A DNA stretch of 64,000 nucleotides from Mobula hypostoma (taxonomy: Eukaryota). The notes below the pieces were generated by a model. That model ran no database searches, was not told the origin of the DNA, and worked only from the letters and a program-made list of their open reading frames with translations. Position 1 is the stretch's first letter; every line of letters starts with the position of its first letter. Made by a program: the position numbers and the translations under genes. This document shows, piece by piece, positions 27,651-39,980 of the stretch. The stretch spans positions 58,902,001 through 58,966,000 of the forward strand of contig NC_086108.1 in the NCBI RefSeq assembly GCF_963921235.1, written 5' to 3'.

Positions 27651-30600
27651 CACCTCAGCTGTCTTTGACCCACATTGACAAAATTCACTACCAACTTAGA
27701 TAAAGTGACATAAACCAAAATACCAGATTGAGCCAATGGGCAGAATCAAACAAAATTTCTTAGAGTTTACACTGTATTTTAACAGCCTCGCAATGGCACA
27801 TAAATATTCTGACATGTTGACTGAACAGTTAATTTTAAAATAGTGCAAAAACTCTTGCAAAGATGGAAATACATAAAATTATTACTAAATACAACATATA
27901 AATGTCTGTAGGTAAATAAATAATAACTCTAATTACAATTTCCTGAGGTTGTTTCTTGAAACAACTAACAAAGTGTTACTGAAAAATTGCTCCAAGTGAT
28001 GATGGTCTGAGACAATAAATGCAACTTAAAATTAGAAAGGAAGAAGAAAGAAGAGTCAGAAGGAAGATTTTCACTCAAAGCCTAACAAGCTTGTGGAACA
28101 AATCAACAGGACAGATCTTTAAGGTGAACAATGTGAAAAAAATGGATTTCACAGACGTTTTGATGCATATTGGGAAAGGAATGTAGGTAGTGGTCACCTG
28201 TCATGAGGCAACCATTTGAATTCAGTTACATTTTTTGGGATTATAGGCTGTCAAATTTCACTAGCTGTTAAATATTTATGCATTCCCAATATCTCATTTG
28301 TCAAAAATAATCCAGAATAGATAGAATTTAAATTACTTATTCGGGTCTTTCAAGTTTCCCGTGATAAGAGATTCTCAAAGAACAGCATAATTTAGTTGGA
28401 ATCAAAAAATGGTCAATGAAAGACATAACTAATTTTATGTTTTTTTTGTTTTAAAGTAGTTATACCATTCAGCAACACAAGAAAACAACAGAAACTGTAT
28501 AGCACAAAATTAATGTGATTTCACGTAATAAGATAATGTCTAAGTGCTTCTATAATTCATCAGAGCAACATCCTGATGACTATCCTAAAATCAATTAAGG
28601 TAGGTCTCATGTTTAACTCCTGGTATGTCTTAAGTTTTTAATTTGACCAAGCTATTAACTTTTCAACACATTGTATGCTAAAATGATGAGTATTTATAAA
28701 TTAAAGTGAAGTGCATCTTTTCGCTGTGCAAGTATGATGCTTAAGGACAAGAAAGTCTTGAAATTCAGATGTGTAGTAGATTTCTCCTTAACTGAGATGC
28801 AAATAAAATAACTTCTAAATTCAATTGCTTCACTCTGGCAGTTCAACCTGCCACTTCTTGTTGTGAATCACTTTATCAAAAACAATACCACATCTTCCAC
28901 TGACATTATTGAGAAACTTTTTTCTGATGGTTGGCCATTCATTGGATCCACTTTGAGCAAATAGCTTTCAAGCACGGTGCTAAAACATAAAATGCAAGTT
29001 CTCAAGGAGGCCCCAGCTTTCTCCTGGGAACCTAAAGTAAGTAAATTCATTTAAATTTAATCATTTATGCACATTTCTTTGAGCTCTTAACCCCATTTTC
29101 TGGTCCTCATCCAAACAGACCACCAGGCGCATAAATGCACCTCCCACTGAACATTCTCTTGACCATACTCTCCCCAGTCATTCACTGAGGTTATCACCAC
29201 TTACAGATACCAACCATAGACATCTCAACTTTTTCAAATCCTGAAGCACAATTGCTTTCAACTCCCCTAGGCTCTGATCCACTGCTTGAGCCCTAATTCC
29301 TGGGGCTCCCTCCCCTCCAACCATCATCTCAGGAAACAGAGTCAATGATACACACAACTTGTAGTTTTCTTTGCGCGGTCTAGCATAGCACTTGAAACCG
29401 AGCATTCAGGGTCTTTGAGTAGTGATAAATGGCATGGAGTCATAGGGTCACAGAGAGACATAACGTTAAAACAGACCCTTCACACCACCTAGTCCACGGT
29501 AAACATCAATCACCAAATTACAATAATCACAAGACACATTTTTTTAACAGTGCTGTTGAAGTTTCAGTGTTACATCCACAACCAAAGAAATCATTGGTGT
29601 CGCAGGTAGCAATGCCTTTACTGCTACAGATGAATTCCTTATACAATGCTTGGGACAAGGAAATAATGTTCAACTCACTAAACCCATGATTCTGTAGAAA
29701 CATTAAAATGCTGACCCAGACCCATTAATTTCTCTTTGTTCACCCCAACAGAAAACCAAATGGAAGTAGGTACATTATGTCAAATGACATTTATAACCAT
29801 TTTGAAATGTGAAGCAAAAACATAATTTTTGGGTCACTATCAATGTGTTTTGTTATCCTCAAAGGTGGTTGCTTCTGCAAGATTATAGTTTTACAGATGG
29901 GGTGTGATGACCTTCAGCACACACGTAGCTACTTGCTGGATATCTACCTAATAATAAAGTAAAAGTCTATCATTTAATAATTAGCGAGATGGGTGAAACA
30001 TCAGTCAAGATGATAGTGTTAAAATAAAGCAAAAGCAAAATCTAAGCACTTCAAACAAAGGGGAAAGGAAAATAAACTGTAGAAACCAACAAAACTGTGC
30101 TTTGAATTCTACACCAGCTGTTATTCTGTTATTAGAATAAAGGATGTTTCTGGGGTATATTTCCTGAAATTGCACTTGCAGCCCATATTCAGTTTTCAAT
30201 CCGATAAATGTGGAGTTTCAGTAAGTCTTAGTTTCAAAAACTATTACATTAAAAAGAGGTTTGTTGTGCATTATATAAAATAAATCATTAATGAGTGATA
30301 TCCTTAGAGTTACATTAAATAAGCATAAAAATCAAATTTCAATGTTTTCTTGATATTTAATAAAGAAACAACATTTACTTTTCACTATTTAAACTTCCCA
30401 AAGCATAATAATGCTACTTAAATACTCTTTGATCTTTTAGACATATTGAGCTTTTAATTGGGAATGCAGGTCAGTCCTCTGGAATAACAATTTCTAATTC
30501 ACTAGCAAGCTGCAATATGAATGTGAGTGTTCAAATGAAGTGATCATGAAGTAGGCACTGTGGTAAGCAGGTGCATAATTTGCAGATAATAGTCAGAATT

Positions 30601-31932
30601 AATTAGGCAGCAAAGAAGATGATTAGAGAAACAACAGATTGTAAGCAAGCTTCAGAATTTCATGAACCTGTTGATTAAATTCTCCTTCCTACTTGTTTTT
30701 AAATGCAACAGATGACTGAATCTGAAAGTAGAATGTTACTCTTCAAAAATTAAGCCAAAAACAGTAACATACAACGAATGTAATTAATTTTCCCACTTTT
30801 CTCTCAGCTTATAAAATAAAAGTATCAAAAGAATCTGGCTAAATGCATGCGGGTATACTGACCTGTGGTTAAGGGAGGACTAGGTTGACTAGTAAAACTA
30901 GTTGGCTCAATTAGTTCTACAAAAAGGGGAGAGGAAGAAAAACAGAAATGACATATATCTTTCATCAGTTTAGGAAAGATAATGCAGCAAACAATTACTG
31001 ACAGACAGATGATAACAAACGAACACTAGTATTGGGTGGCAACGTAAAAGGAGTAGTGTGCTTCAAAGTATTCACATATCGTACAATAACACCATGAAAT
31101 AAACTGCCTGCAAAAAATGAAAAGTCAAGGTGGCTTGTACAAATGGCTTTTTTATCCGCACTGAGATCTGTATAAACATATGGTGGGAAATATATCAATG
31201 ATATTCAGGAAAAATACTATGGAATTTATGCAACTTGCATTGTAATATGCCATCTTAGCATTTGTATGTGGTGCTATCACAATAAAGCACCACCATCAAT
31301 TGGTTCACCTCAACAACCTTTCCAAAGCTTTTGAAACCACAAAGACAGCCATCAACCTGCAATTGCTCCTTCAGCTTGTTATTAATATTGAAATTAAGCT
31401 CAGCTTTGGATGTATCTGATAATTAATCTTAAGCTTTTCTAAGGACACTATCAATGTCACTTTGTAGCTTCTGCTGTTTGTTTTTTGTACGTATTAATAA
31501 GATTCTAAGAGCAAGTAATACATTTCCTACCACACAATTGTTAAATGACATGGAAGCTTTTATAGATTAGACAAGTGATAAAGGAACTGTAATTGCATCC
31601 AGGATAAGAACAGATATTATTAGAACAGACAGAGTGCAAGATGGTTCTGAGGTGTCCAACATCAGAAACAATCAGTAGGGAACAATTACCCCTACTCTCT
31701 GTCTAACTTTCAGTAGAGTCCAATGTAGTTGTGTAGTCTCCCAGCAGAGTACTGAATATTTTCTTTGTCTGATGTTCAATTTTCCCAAAATATCACAGAT
31801 GCCTTTAAGGCTCAAGTACTGGGCCCTTTACTACATGCTTCATTGAACTTACAACCGCAGCTCCAACAGCTCTTGATGATACCAAAGCACAGAGAAAACA
31901 TGCATCATCCGGAGTTGGCTGCAGTACCATCC

Positions 31933-32105
31933 ACAAACATAAGAAAATCTACAGATGCTGGAAATCCAAGCAACAAACACAAAATGCTGGAGGACCTCAG
32001 CAGGGCAGGCAGCAATCTATGGAAAATAACAAACAGTTTCAGGTCGTGAAGGGTCTTTTTCATTGATGCTGCCTGACCTGCTGAGTTCCTCCAGCATTTT
32101 GCTGT
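31933..32105. mobile_element. fold-back of two Penelope-like terminal repeats
   Basis: Arms 31980-32021 and 32061-32101 are reverse complements with about 4 differences. Confidence 0.9.
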
Positions 32106-34029
32106 AGTACATTTCCATTGCATTGCGCTTCAACAAAATCTGCATTAGAAAAATTGGTCTTATTGCTGGGATCTGTTACGTGACTATTTCCATACACATC
32201 AACTTAACATTAAAGATATGGGACTGCAACAACGACACAGGTGTTAGATGTGAAATCAGAATTAATCTTTGCATATAAATTCTCAAATACAAATATCACA
32301 GGATTTTGTATATCATTTTAATCAGTGTATTAACTAATTAAATGATAATGAAGCATAGGGAAAATTTGGAGAAACAGACATACAGGATATTCATCTGAAA
32401 ATCTAAGCTTAGATAGAAGATGTCAGGAATTCAAACTTTGATCTTAACTCAGTTTTAGGAGGAAGAAAATTTGACCTCAAGAAATATATTTGGTAGAATT
32501 GATAGTGAATATATTGGCAAGAAAGGGTTTGTTCAATTGAGTGGCTCTTCTTTTGTTAAGACAAAAGGTATAGTTAGAAGTTTGAATTTACAGTGTATCA
32601 CTTGTACAAAATATTTTGTTATACATCTGCACAGTTTAAATTTGACATTAAAAGATTTATACAAATATTCATTGGTGATTTAGTGTCTCCACTGAAGGAG
32701 AACTGAATTTTATTTTTGTAATGCACCAGTGACAGACAACTTCAAAATGAGCCATTTATTAAATGGTGTGAATATTAATAAAGGAAGCAGCCAGGTTATG
32801 TTGCACTCTAATAGGAAAATAGACCAGGGCACAGCATGCATTTGGAGAGGAAAGTGAGAAGAAGCTAGACAAGGGAGATGGAAGCCCAAAATTAGTCACG
32901 TTTGAAGAACAGGAGAGAAAATATCAAACAGGATTGTGCTAACATGATGCAAGAGATGACATGATGCGGTGGTAATATTGGGCAAAGGTGAAATAAAACT
33001 GGTAATGTTAGAATAACAAAGGACAAAAGTCCCTGAGAAACAAGAATATGTAGCTTTGTGCTATAAATCACAGCTGATGACCACCATGCCCCCAATGCAA
33101 ATTAGCAACCCTATTCATAACTTCATATGAACATTTCCCATGATGTATCAGACTAAAACTATTGAATAAATTCCCTACAATATTCTGTAAGTGCTCTATG
33201 AACCAGAAACTTGAATTACTTACATTGTAGGTGGTCTAATCCACTTAGTTATTATAGGTCACTCATATGGTGATATAATTTTCCTTTCCTCATAAAATGC
33301 TACAATATTAAAAACACAACATATGCCAAGGGTCACCTACACCAATTCTTCCATTTATATTACTGGTAAGTTTTCCACATTATTATTTTAAACCATATTT
33401 ACTGTATATGTTAAGGAGAAATAACTAAATTTTTGAAGTTAAAACGATGTCTTGTTCAAATTGCTTAATTAGATTAATATATGAAAACAAGAGAATTTAA
33501 GCCAGAAACTACAATTCTATGTAAATAGTCTGCCTACTAGTAAATGATTAGACGTAATCAAGATTTTTATCTCGTGTCACATTTTTTCCTGGACAAATCA
33601 TACATTACCAGTACAACTTCATGGAGACCTTGGGTTACTACCTTGCATTTCTTAATGTGCATCAGTGTGACAATGGAGCTAACTGGATTTGATAAGCCAA
33701 CTTATATATTCATGCACGCCTCAAATATTGCAGCACTATTAGCTCAAAACAGTGTTATTAAACAACAGTTCTTGGTGTCTGTACTTATTTGTTTGAGACC
33801 AAGAATGTGAAAGATTTTGTTCCTCCATAGGCTCCCCTGTTGCAGTCTCTGGTGACAGAAGGTGCAGGGAAATAAACATTATTGGCTAATTGCTCACTAT
33901 TGTTAGTTGAGAGACACACTGAAGCAGTAGAGGTTTGAGGGTAGACATTGTTAATAATGTAATAAAGGATATGCCACTGGCTCTGAGAATTTTATTTTAT
34001 GAGTGTGGACCTTCACTCCTTGAGAAAGA

Positions 34030-34265
34030 AATTATGGAGCTATACAGCACTGAAACAGGCACTTCAGCCCAGCATCTTCACCCTTCAAGAAGCTTATACA
34101 TTGATTCCATTTTCCAGCACTTAGTCTGTCGCCTTACTATGCCTTGATGATTCAATTGCTCACTCAGAGACTGTGCTGGAGTGTTTCACACCACCATCTT
34201 CTCAGGAATACATTCCAAGCTGCAACTATACCAGGTAATTTTCATTCTTTCTCAGATCCCCTCTG
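34030..34265 (-). mobile_element. old CR1 LINE 3' end
   Basis: atacagcactgaaacaggcacttcagccc..ctcagatcccctct. Confidence 0.65.
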
Positions 34266-36890
34266 AAGTAGGTGATGAAGATGATTGGTGGGGATGGGGC
34301 AATAAATGTTGTATACACATACTTTAGTAAAGCTTCCAACAGATCCCTGATGGTAGGCTGATTTAGAGGACTTAATACACATGGATCCATGGAAAATTGG
34401 TGGATAAAATTCAAACAACACACAAAAAAAGCCTGGAGGAACTCAGCAAGCCAGGCAGGATCTATGGCAAACAATAAACAGAACAGGCCCTTCATCAGAA
34501 ATGGAAAAAAAGTTGAGAATTTACAGCAAGAAGGTGAAGGGTGGGGAGGAAGAGATACAAGGTGGTAGGTGATAGGGGAAACCAGGAGAGGGGGAGGGAG
34601 TGAAGTAAAGAGCTGGGAAGTTGATAGGTGAAAGAGATAAAGGGCTGGAGAAAGGGGAATCTGATATGAGAGGGCAGAAGACCATGGAAGAAAGGGAAGA
34701 GCACCAGGGTGAGGTGATGGGCAGGAAGGAGATATGGGCAGGAAGGAGATAAGGTGAGTGATGGAAGAGTGAATGGGAATTTTGAAGGGGCCGCAATTAC
34801 TGGAATTTCGAGAAATCAGTGTTCATGCCATCAGGTTGGAGGCTACACAAATGGAATACAAGGTGTCACTCCTCCAACCTGAGTGTGGTCTCATCGTGAC
34901 AGTAGAGGAGGCCATGGACTGACAAGTCGGAATGGGAATGGGAAGTGGAATGAAAACGCGTGGCCATCGGATATCCCGCTTTTCTTGACAGAGGGTAGGT
35001 GTTCAGCAAAGCGGTCTCCCAATCTATGTTGGGTCTCACCAATATACGGGAGCACCAGATACAGGAGTTGACCCCAAAAGACTCATCAGGGAACTGTCGC
35101 CTCATCTGGAAGGACTGTTTGGGGTCCTGAATGGTAGTGAGGGAGGAGGTGGAGGGGCAGGTATGGCACTTGGCCCACTTACAAGGGTTAATACCAGGAG
35201 GAAGATCAGGTGGGAGGGATGAATGGACAAGGGAGTCACATAGGGGGTGATCCCTGTGGAAAGCAGAAAATGGGGGGGAGGGAAAGATATGCTTGGTGGT
35301 AGGATCCCATTGGAGACGGCGGAAATTACGGAGAATTGTGTGCTGGATGGGGAGGCTACTGAGGTGGTAGGTGAGGACAAGAGGAACCCTATCCCAGGTG
35401 GTGTGGCAGTAGGATGGGGGTAGGGCAGACGTGTGTGAACTGGAAGAGATGTGGTTGAGGGAAGTGTTGATGGTGGAGGAAGGAAAGCCCCTTTCTTTGA
35501 AGAAGGAGGACATCTCATTAGTTCAGGAATGAAAAACCTCATCCTGAGAGCAGATGTGGCAAAGATGGAGGAACTGAGAGAAGGGGGTAGCAATTTTACA
35601 AGTGGCAGAGTAGGAAGAAGTATAATCAAGGTAGCTGTGAGAAACAGTGGATTTATAAAAGATATCAGTAGGTAAACTGTCTCCAGAGATCAAGGCAGAG
35701 AGATTGAGAAAGGGGTGGGAGGTTTTGGAAATGAATCAGGTAAATTTGAGGGCAGAGTGGAAGTTAGGATTAGTGTGGTGAGAGTGGAGAGCAGTGCGTT
35801 CAGAATGAGTGATGTTAGAATTGGAGGGGGGAGTGGTAAAGTTGAGATAGTTGATGTCTTGTTGGCAGTTAGCAATAAAAGAATCCAGAGCAGGCAGAAA
35901 ATCAGAGTGGGGTGTCCAGGAACAGGAGGGGTGTTGACGATGGGAGAAGGGGTCATTGGTGTGGGTTAGAGAGTCCTTGCCAAAGAAGTAGGAGTCAGTG
36001 AAAGAAGAACTCAGCATCACGGTGGGTGTGGAACTTACCTTGGTGTAGATGTAGGGGGACAAAGCTGAGGCCCTTATTGAAGACAGAGTGTTCTGCCTCA
36101 AAGAGTTCAGAGGGGATTGTTAAGACCTGGCAAGGATGAGAGCTGGGATCAGAGAGGGAAGAGGGTTGGTACTGTCTGAGGAGAGGGGAGGGTTGGGTTT
36201 TTCAGGAAAGTTGGGGTGGCGGAAGATGGAGTCTCCGAGGATTCCGAAGAGCTGAAGGTGGAATCTGAGACACGGGATTGTAGAGTGGTGGTGGGGAAAG
36301 TGGAGAATGGGTTCCAGCAGCGGCGTGTAAAGTCCCGCCTGGAGGTGCTGTTGATCAAGGACCAGGCTGGAGTCAGAGTTGGATAACATTCAAAATTGGC
36401 TTGGCGATAGAAGATAGAGGATAGTGATGGAGGGGTGTCCAAAGGTTGTCTGTGACCGGTGCTGTTCCGTAAGGATCATGCTGGGACCTCCGTCTGTAAT
36501 ATATAATATTTGAATGAAAATGTAGATGGACTGATTAGTACAAAACTTTGCAGAGCTGTGGATAGTGAGGAAGGTTGTGAAAGGATTCAGCAGGATATAG
36601 ATAGGGTGGTAAAGAAGGCTTGCGGCCTGCTTGCTTTCATCAGTCAGGATGCTGAGTATAAAAGATGAGATGAGTTTCAGCTCTGTGGTGCTGTGTACAG
36701 ATCTGGTTGCTGAAGTACAGGAAGAATGTGGAGGCTTTGGAGAGGGTGCAGAGAAACTCGACATGATATTTTCTGGATTAGGGAGTATTAGATACAAGAG
36801 AGATGGGGAAAAAAAACGTTGGGTTGCTTTGTCTGCAGCATCAACGGCTGAGGGGAGATCTATTGGAAGCATATAACATTATGAGAGGAG
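34266..36890 (+). mobile_element. decayed CR1 RT fragment split by a Penelope-like insertion (CR1 parts 34266-34415 and 36380-36890)
   Basis: RT remnants before (gttgtatacacatactttagtaaagc) and after (aattggcttggcgatagaagatagagg..) the PLE are colinear with the CR1 at 61670-62560. Confidence 0.75.
34416..36379 (-). mobile_element. Penelope-like element (GIY-YIG) with RT core deleted and 15-bp TSD
   Basis: ORF 34866-35513 MSSFFKERGFP..RVPLVLTYH..CKWAKCHTCP..QDPKQSFQ..; flanking TGGATAAAATTCAAA (34401-34415) and TGGATAACATTCAAA (36380-36394). Confidence 0.9.
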
Positions 36891-37010
36891 CACAGACAAA
36901 ATGGTGGAGGAACCTACCAGGCCAGCCAGCATCAATGGAGAAAAATGGACAGTCCTAATGAAGAGTCACAGCCTAAAACCTCGATTTTCCATTTCTTTCC
37001 ATAAATGCTA
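36891..37010. mobile_element. small fold-back of PLE terminal repeat with degenerate hammerhead
   Basis: gcatcaatggagaaaaatgga / tccatttctttccataaatgc, inverted around cagtcctaatgaagag..cctaaaacctcg. Confidence 0.7.
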
Positions 37011-37350
37011 AAGCACTGCCCATATCAATATATTTTGCTGCTTCTTTAAAAAACTTAATCAAATTTGTCATATTGGATCTCCTGCCACCAAAGCTGTGCT
37101 GACTAACCTTGAACGATCCCTGCCCTTACATGTGTAGATTAACCATGAACATCTGATTTTTGCAATGGCTTCCCTACCACTTCCATAAGACTCAATAATG
37201 AGTTGTACTAAGTGTAAGACTCAGGTTTTTTGAGCTTGGTGTACATAGATACCTCAAACATGATCACAGATTTTAAGAAATAAAAATATTAATTTTCATG
37301 GATTTCCCATTTTGCTCTTCTGCTTCTTTTCCTTAATTTCATATGCCGGG

Positions 37351-37410
37351 ACCAACTTTATGTTTTCTTCCTGTATGTGAACCAATTTTATGTTTTCTTC
37401 CTGTATAATG
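37351..37410. repeat. 30-bp tandem duplication
   Basis: accaactttatgttttcttcctgtatgtga followed by accaattttatgttttcttcctgtataatg. Confidence 0.9.
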
Positions 37411-38509
37411 AATCAAATGTTCCTTATGTTTTTTTTTACTGTTTTCTGCATGTTTTAAAGAGGAATCTTGTACTTGATTGATTGAAAATTGCAAAATGCC
37501 ACTTCCTTGCTCATAAACCTCACAGACCCCCTACTGAGGCTGCCACCTTAAAGCTGATGGCATAAGAGGAGAAGAGATTTTTGCTGACAAGCTCTCAAAC
37601 TGTCTGAGGGCAGCTATACATCAGGTGTGTAGCAAAAGCTGTACTTCCATTGCTTACTGAAAACTGATGCCAGTGTAACAGACTTTGTCCATTTCCACGT
37701 TTCTCCTTAAGAGTGTAAACAGGGAGAGAATATGTTGACAATCCTTTCAACAGTGCAGACAAACAAGCAATCTAAATCCAGTTCTAGTCCTTAACATTCA
37801 ACACAAATGGTGAATGAGTGGAAAGTTAGTCCCTGTCCTCAAGCCTCAATGCACTGATACAGATTGACACTGTAAAGTGCTCACTAATAAAGCAGCTTGA
37901 TAAAGATCCCAGCTACATGTTAATTTTAAAACTAAAAATCAGAAATTTGCTAAAGGATTATGACTCATAATGGAGGGCATTTTGAAGACATAAGTGAATG
38001 TCATCTCAGAAAAATATTGCTTGACTTGGGGTACAGAAAGATAAAATGACAAAGGAAAATCTGAGTATGGTAAAAAATGAACGCTTTGATAGTGTCAACA
38101 ATGAATAATTCCCCAAGGCAGAAAATAATCATTTCGGCCTATAAAACTTTTGCCAGCTCTCTGAAAACCATCCGTTACTAATTCCATCCATCCATAATCT
38201 TGTATCTTTTTCAACTTCAAATATGCTTTTAATCTTTCTTTAAAAGATGCAAACACATTCTCTTAACCACAAGATGGCAAAACATTTACTCTTCAATACA
38301 CTCTATTGCTGGAAAAGAATTCATTCTCTAACTAATCAAAATGCTGAGCAAATCCATTGTTCTGAGACTCAACATTATGTAGGTCTGTCTTTATTAAAAG
38401 AGTAAGATTTTGCCTTTAGCCTTGTGGAGAAGAAAATGTCTCCTTGAATGTACCATTCTCTGTAATGATCTTACTTCGTGCTGAGTCAGCTTTGTCAGCC
38501 TACGGCAAT

Positions 38510-38760
38510 GGTACTATAATCCATGACTGAAAAGGACAGGCTACCGGCACCGCATATTAGTTTCCTGCAAAGTAACAGTCTATAACTTGGGCCGCACTGT
38601 CCCTATATTGTTACTGGGTCAAAATCCTGTAAGTTTCTCCCTTGTAGAACTGTGGAAACCTTCTCACCACACAACCTTGGTGGTTTAAGAAACCCACACC
38701 AATGGCAATTACAGATGGGTGATTAATGTTGGCTTTGGCAATGATGCCTATGTTATCTGA
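38510..38760 (+). mobile_element. ancient CR1/L2-group LINE 3' end
   Basis: ttactgggtcaaaatcctg..ggtttaagaa..ggcaattacagatgggtgattaatgttggc; related to 22570-23010. Confidence 0.55.
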
Positions 38761-39494
38761 ACAAATGATAAGTAAAGGCAACTAAATTACTTTCAGCACC
38801 TAGAGCTCGGAGAAAGGTTAACATTGTATTGAGTAGTGTTTCACACTGCTGATTGTAAGAGTATTGTTGGAAACTGCATCCAATTATGGAATTAGCCACA
38901 AAGCTCTGAGTTGTTTCAAAGCACGCATTTGCTCAGTGTCTAGGTTATAGGAAGAAAGGTTCCTTATATGGCGTGATTAGAGGAACGGGCAGCCGAATAC
39001 TGTGAAACTAAAGGAAATAGCAAATTATCTTGGATGGTGGAATTTCCAGTAGGTCAATTAATGTTTCATTCAAGTCAGTGAGATATATTGGACCAAGAAA
39101 TATTTTTTTTCTTGAAGGGGTATAAATTGAGGAGCAGATCATTATCCAAAAATTCTGTTGAAGAATCACTAACATAAATGACAACAATTTCTGTCTTCAT
39201 GCTGGCTTGCCTGCTGAATATCTAACATATTCTGTTTTTATTTGTGATTTCCAGCATCATTGTTTTTTTTTATTGTTTTCATTTTGCAAATTATAGGCCC
39301 CTGACAAGTGAAATGCTGCCATTTGCCTCATTGAAAGGGAGGCTGATGTTCCACATGCTCCTATTGGCTTTCATTGGAACATGAGTGCTTTGAAGCTAAG
39401 TCCTGAAATGTTAACAATGTTTACCTCTTCATAGAAATTATCCAATTGCCAGACCTTTTCAAAAAGTGAAATCTACTGAAACAGTAAAACTGAC

Positions 39495-39980
39495 ATAAAA
39501 ACAGAAAATGTTGTTGATACTCAGCTGGTCAAACTATATATCTGTAGGAAGAGAGGCAATGTTAATATTTCAAGTCAACAGCCATCATCAGAACTGGAAA
39601 AAAATGAGACAACAGCCTGTTGTATGTTGAAGAGGAAAGGTGCAGAGAAAAAGGGAATGTCTGGGACCAAAGTGTTGTCCAGCTGACACACTGCATCTAG
39701 CAAATCATTGCTGACCTCTCTGGAGAAATGTGGTCAAAGGGGGATAAAGGAGGGGCTGGTGAGAGGGGAAAATAACAGCATAAGCATGCTGACATTGTGA
39801 GATGTAGATCACAGCAATTGCTAGAAATCTGACACTCACTTTGACCTCTTTCTTCCTTCCCCTGTTAACTTAAAGCACAACTTTTTTTCTCACATTCACT
39901 TTTGAAGAAACTTTAACCCTATTTTTCTCTCTCTCTCTGTCTCTCCAGCATTTTCTGTTTCTTTTTATTTTGGCATTTGC
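39495..39980. mobile_element. old Penelope-like non-autonomous element with inverted termini
   Basis: aaacagaaaatgttg..tcagctggtc..tcatcagaactgg (minus terminus) and ..ctctccagcattttctgttt (plus terminus). Confidence 0.6.

Noticed and set aside
37351..37410. CRISPR-like repeat
   Set aside because: Two adjacent copies with no spacer, in vertebrate DNA; a simple tandem duplication.
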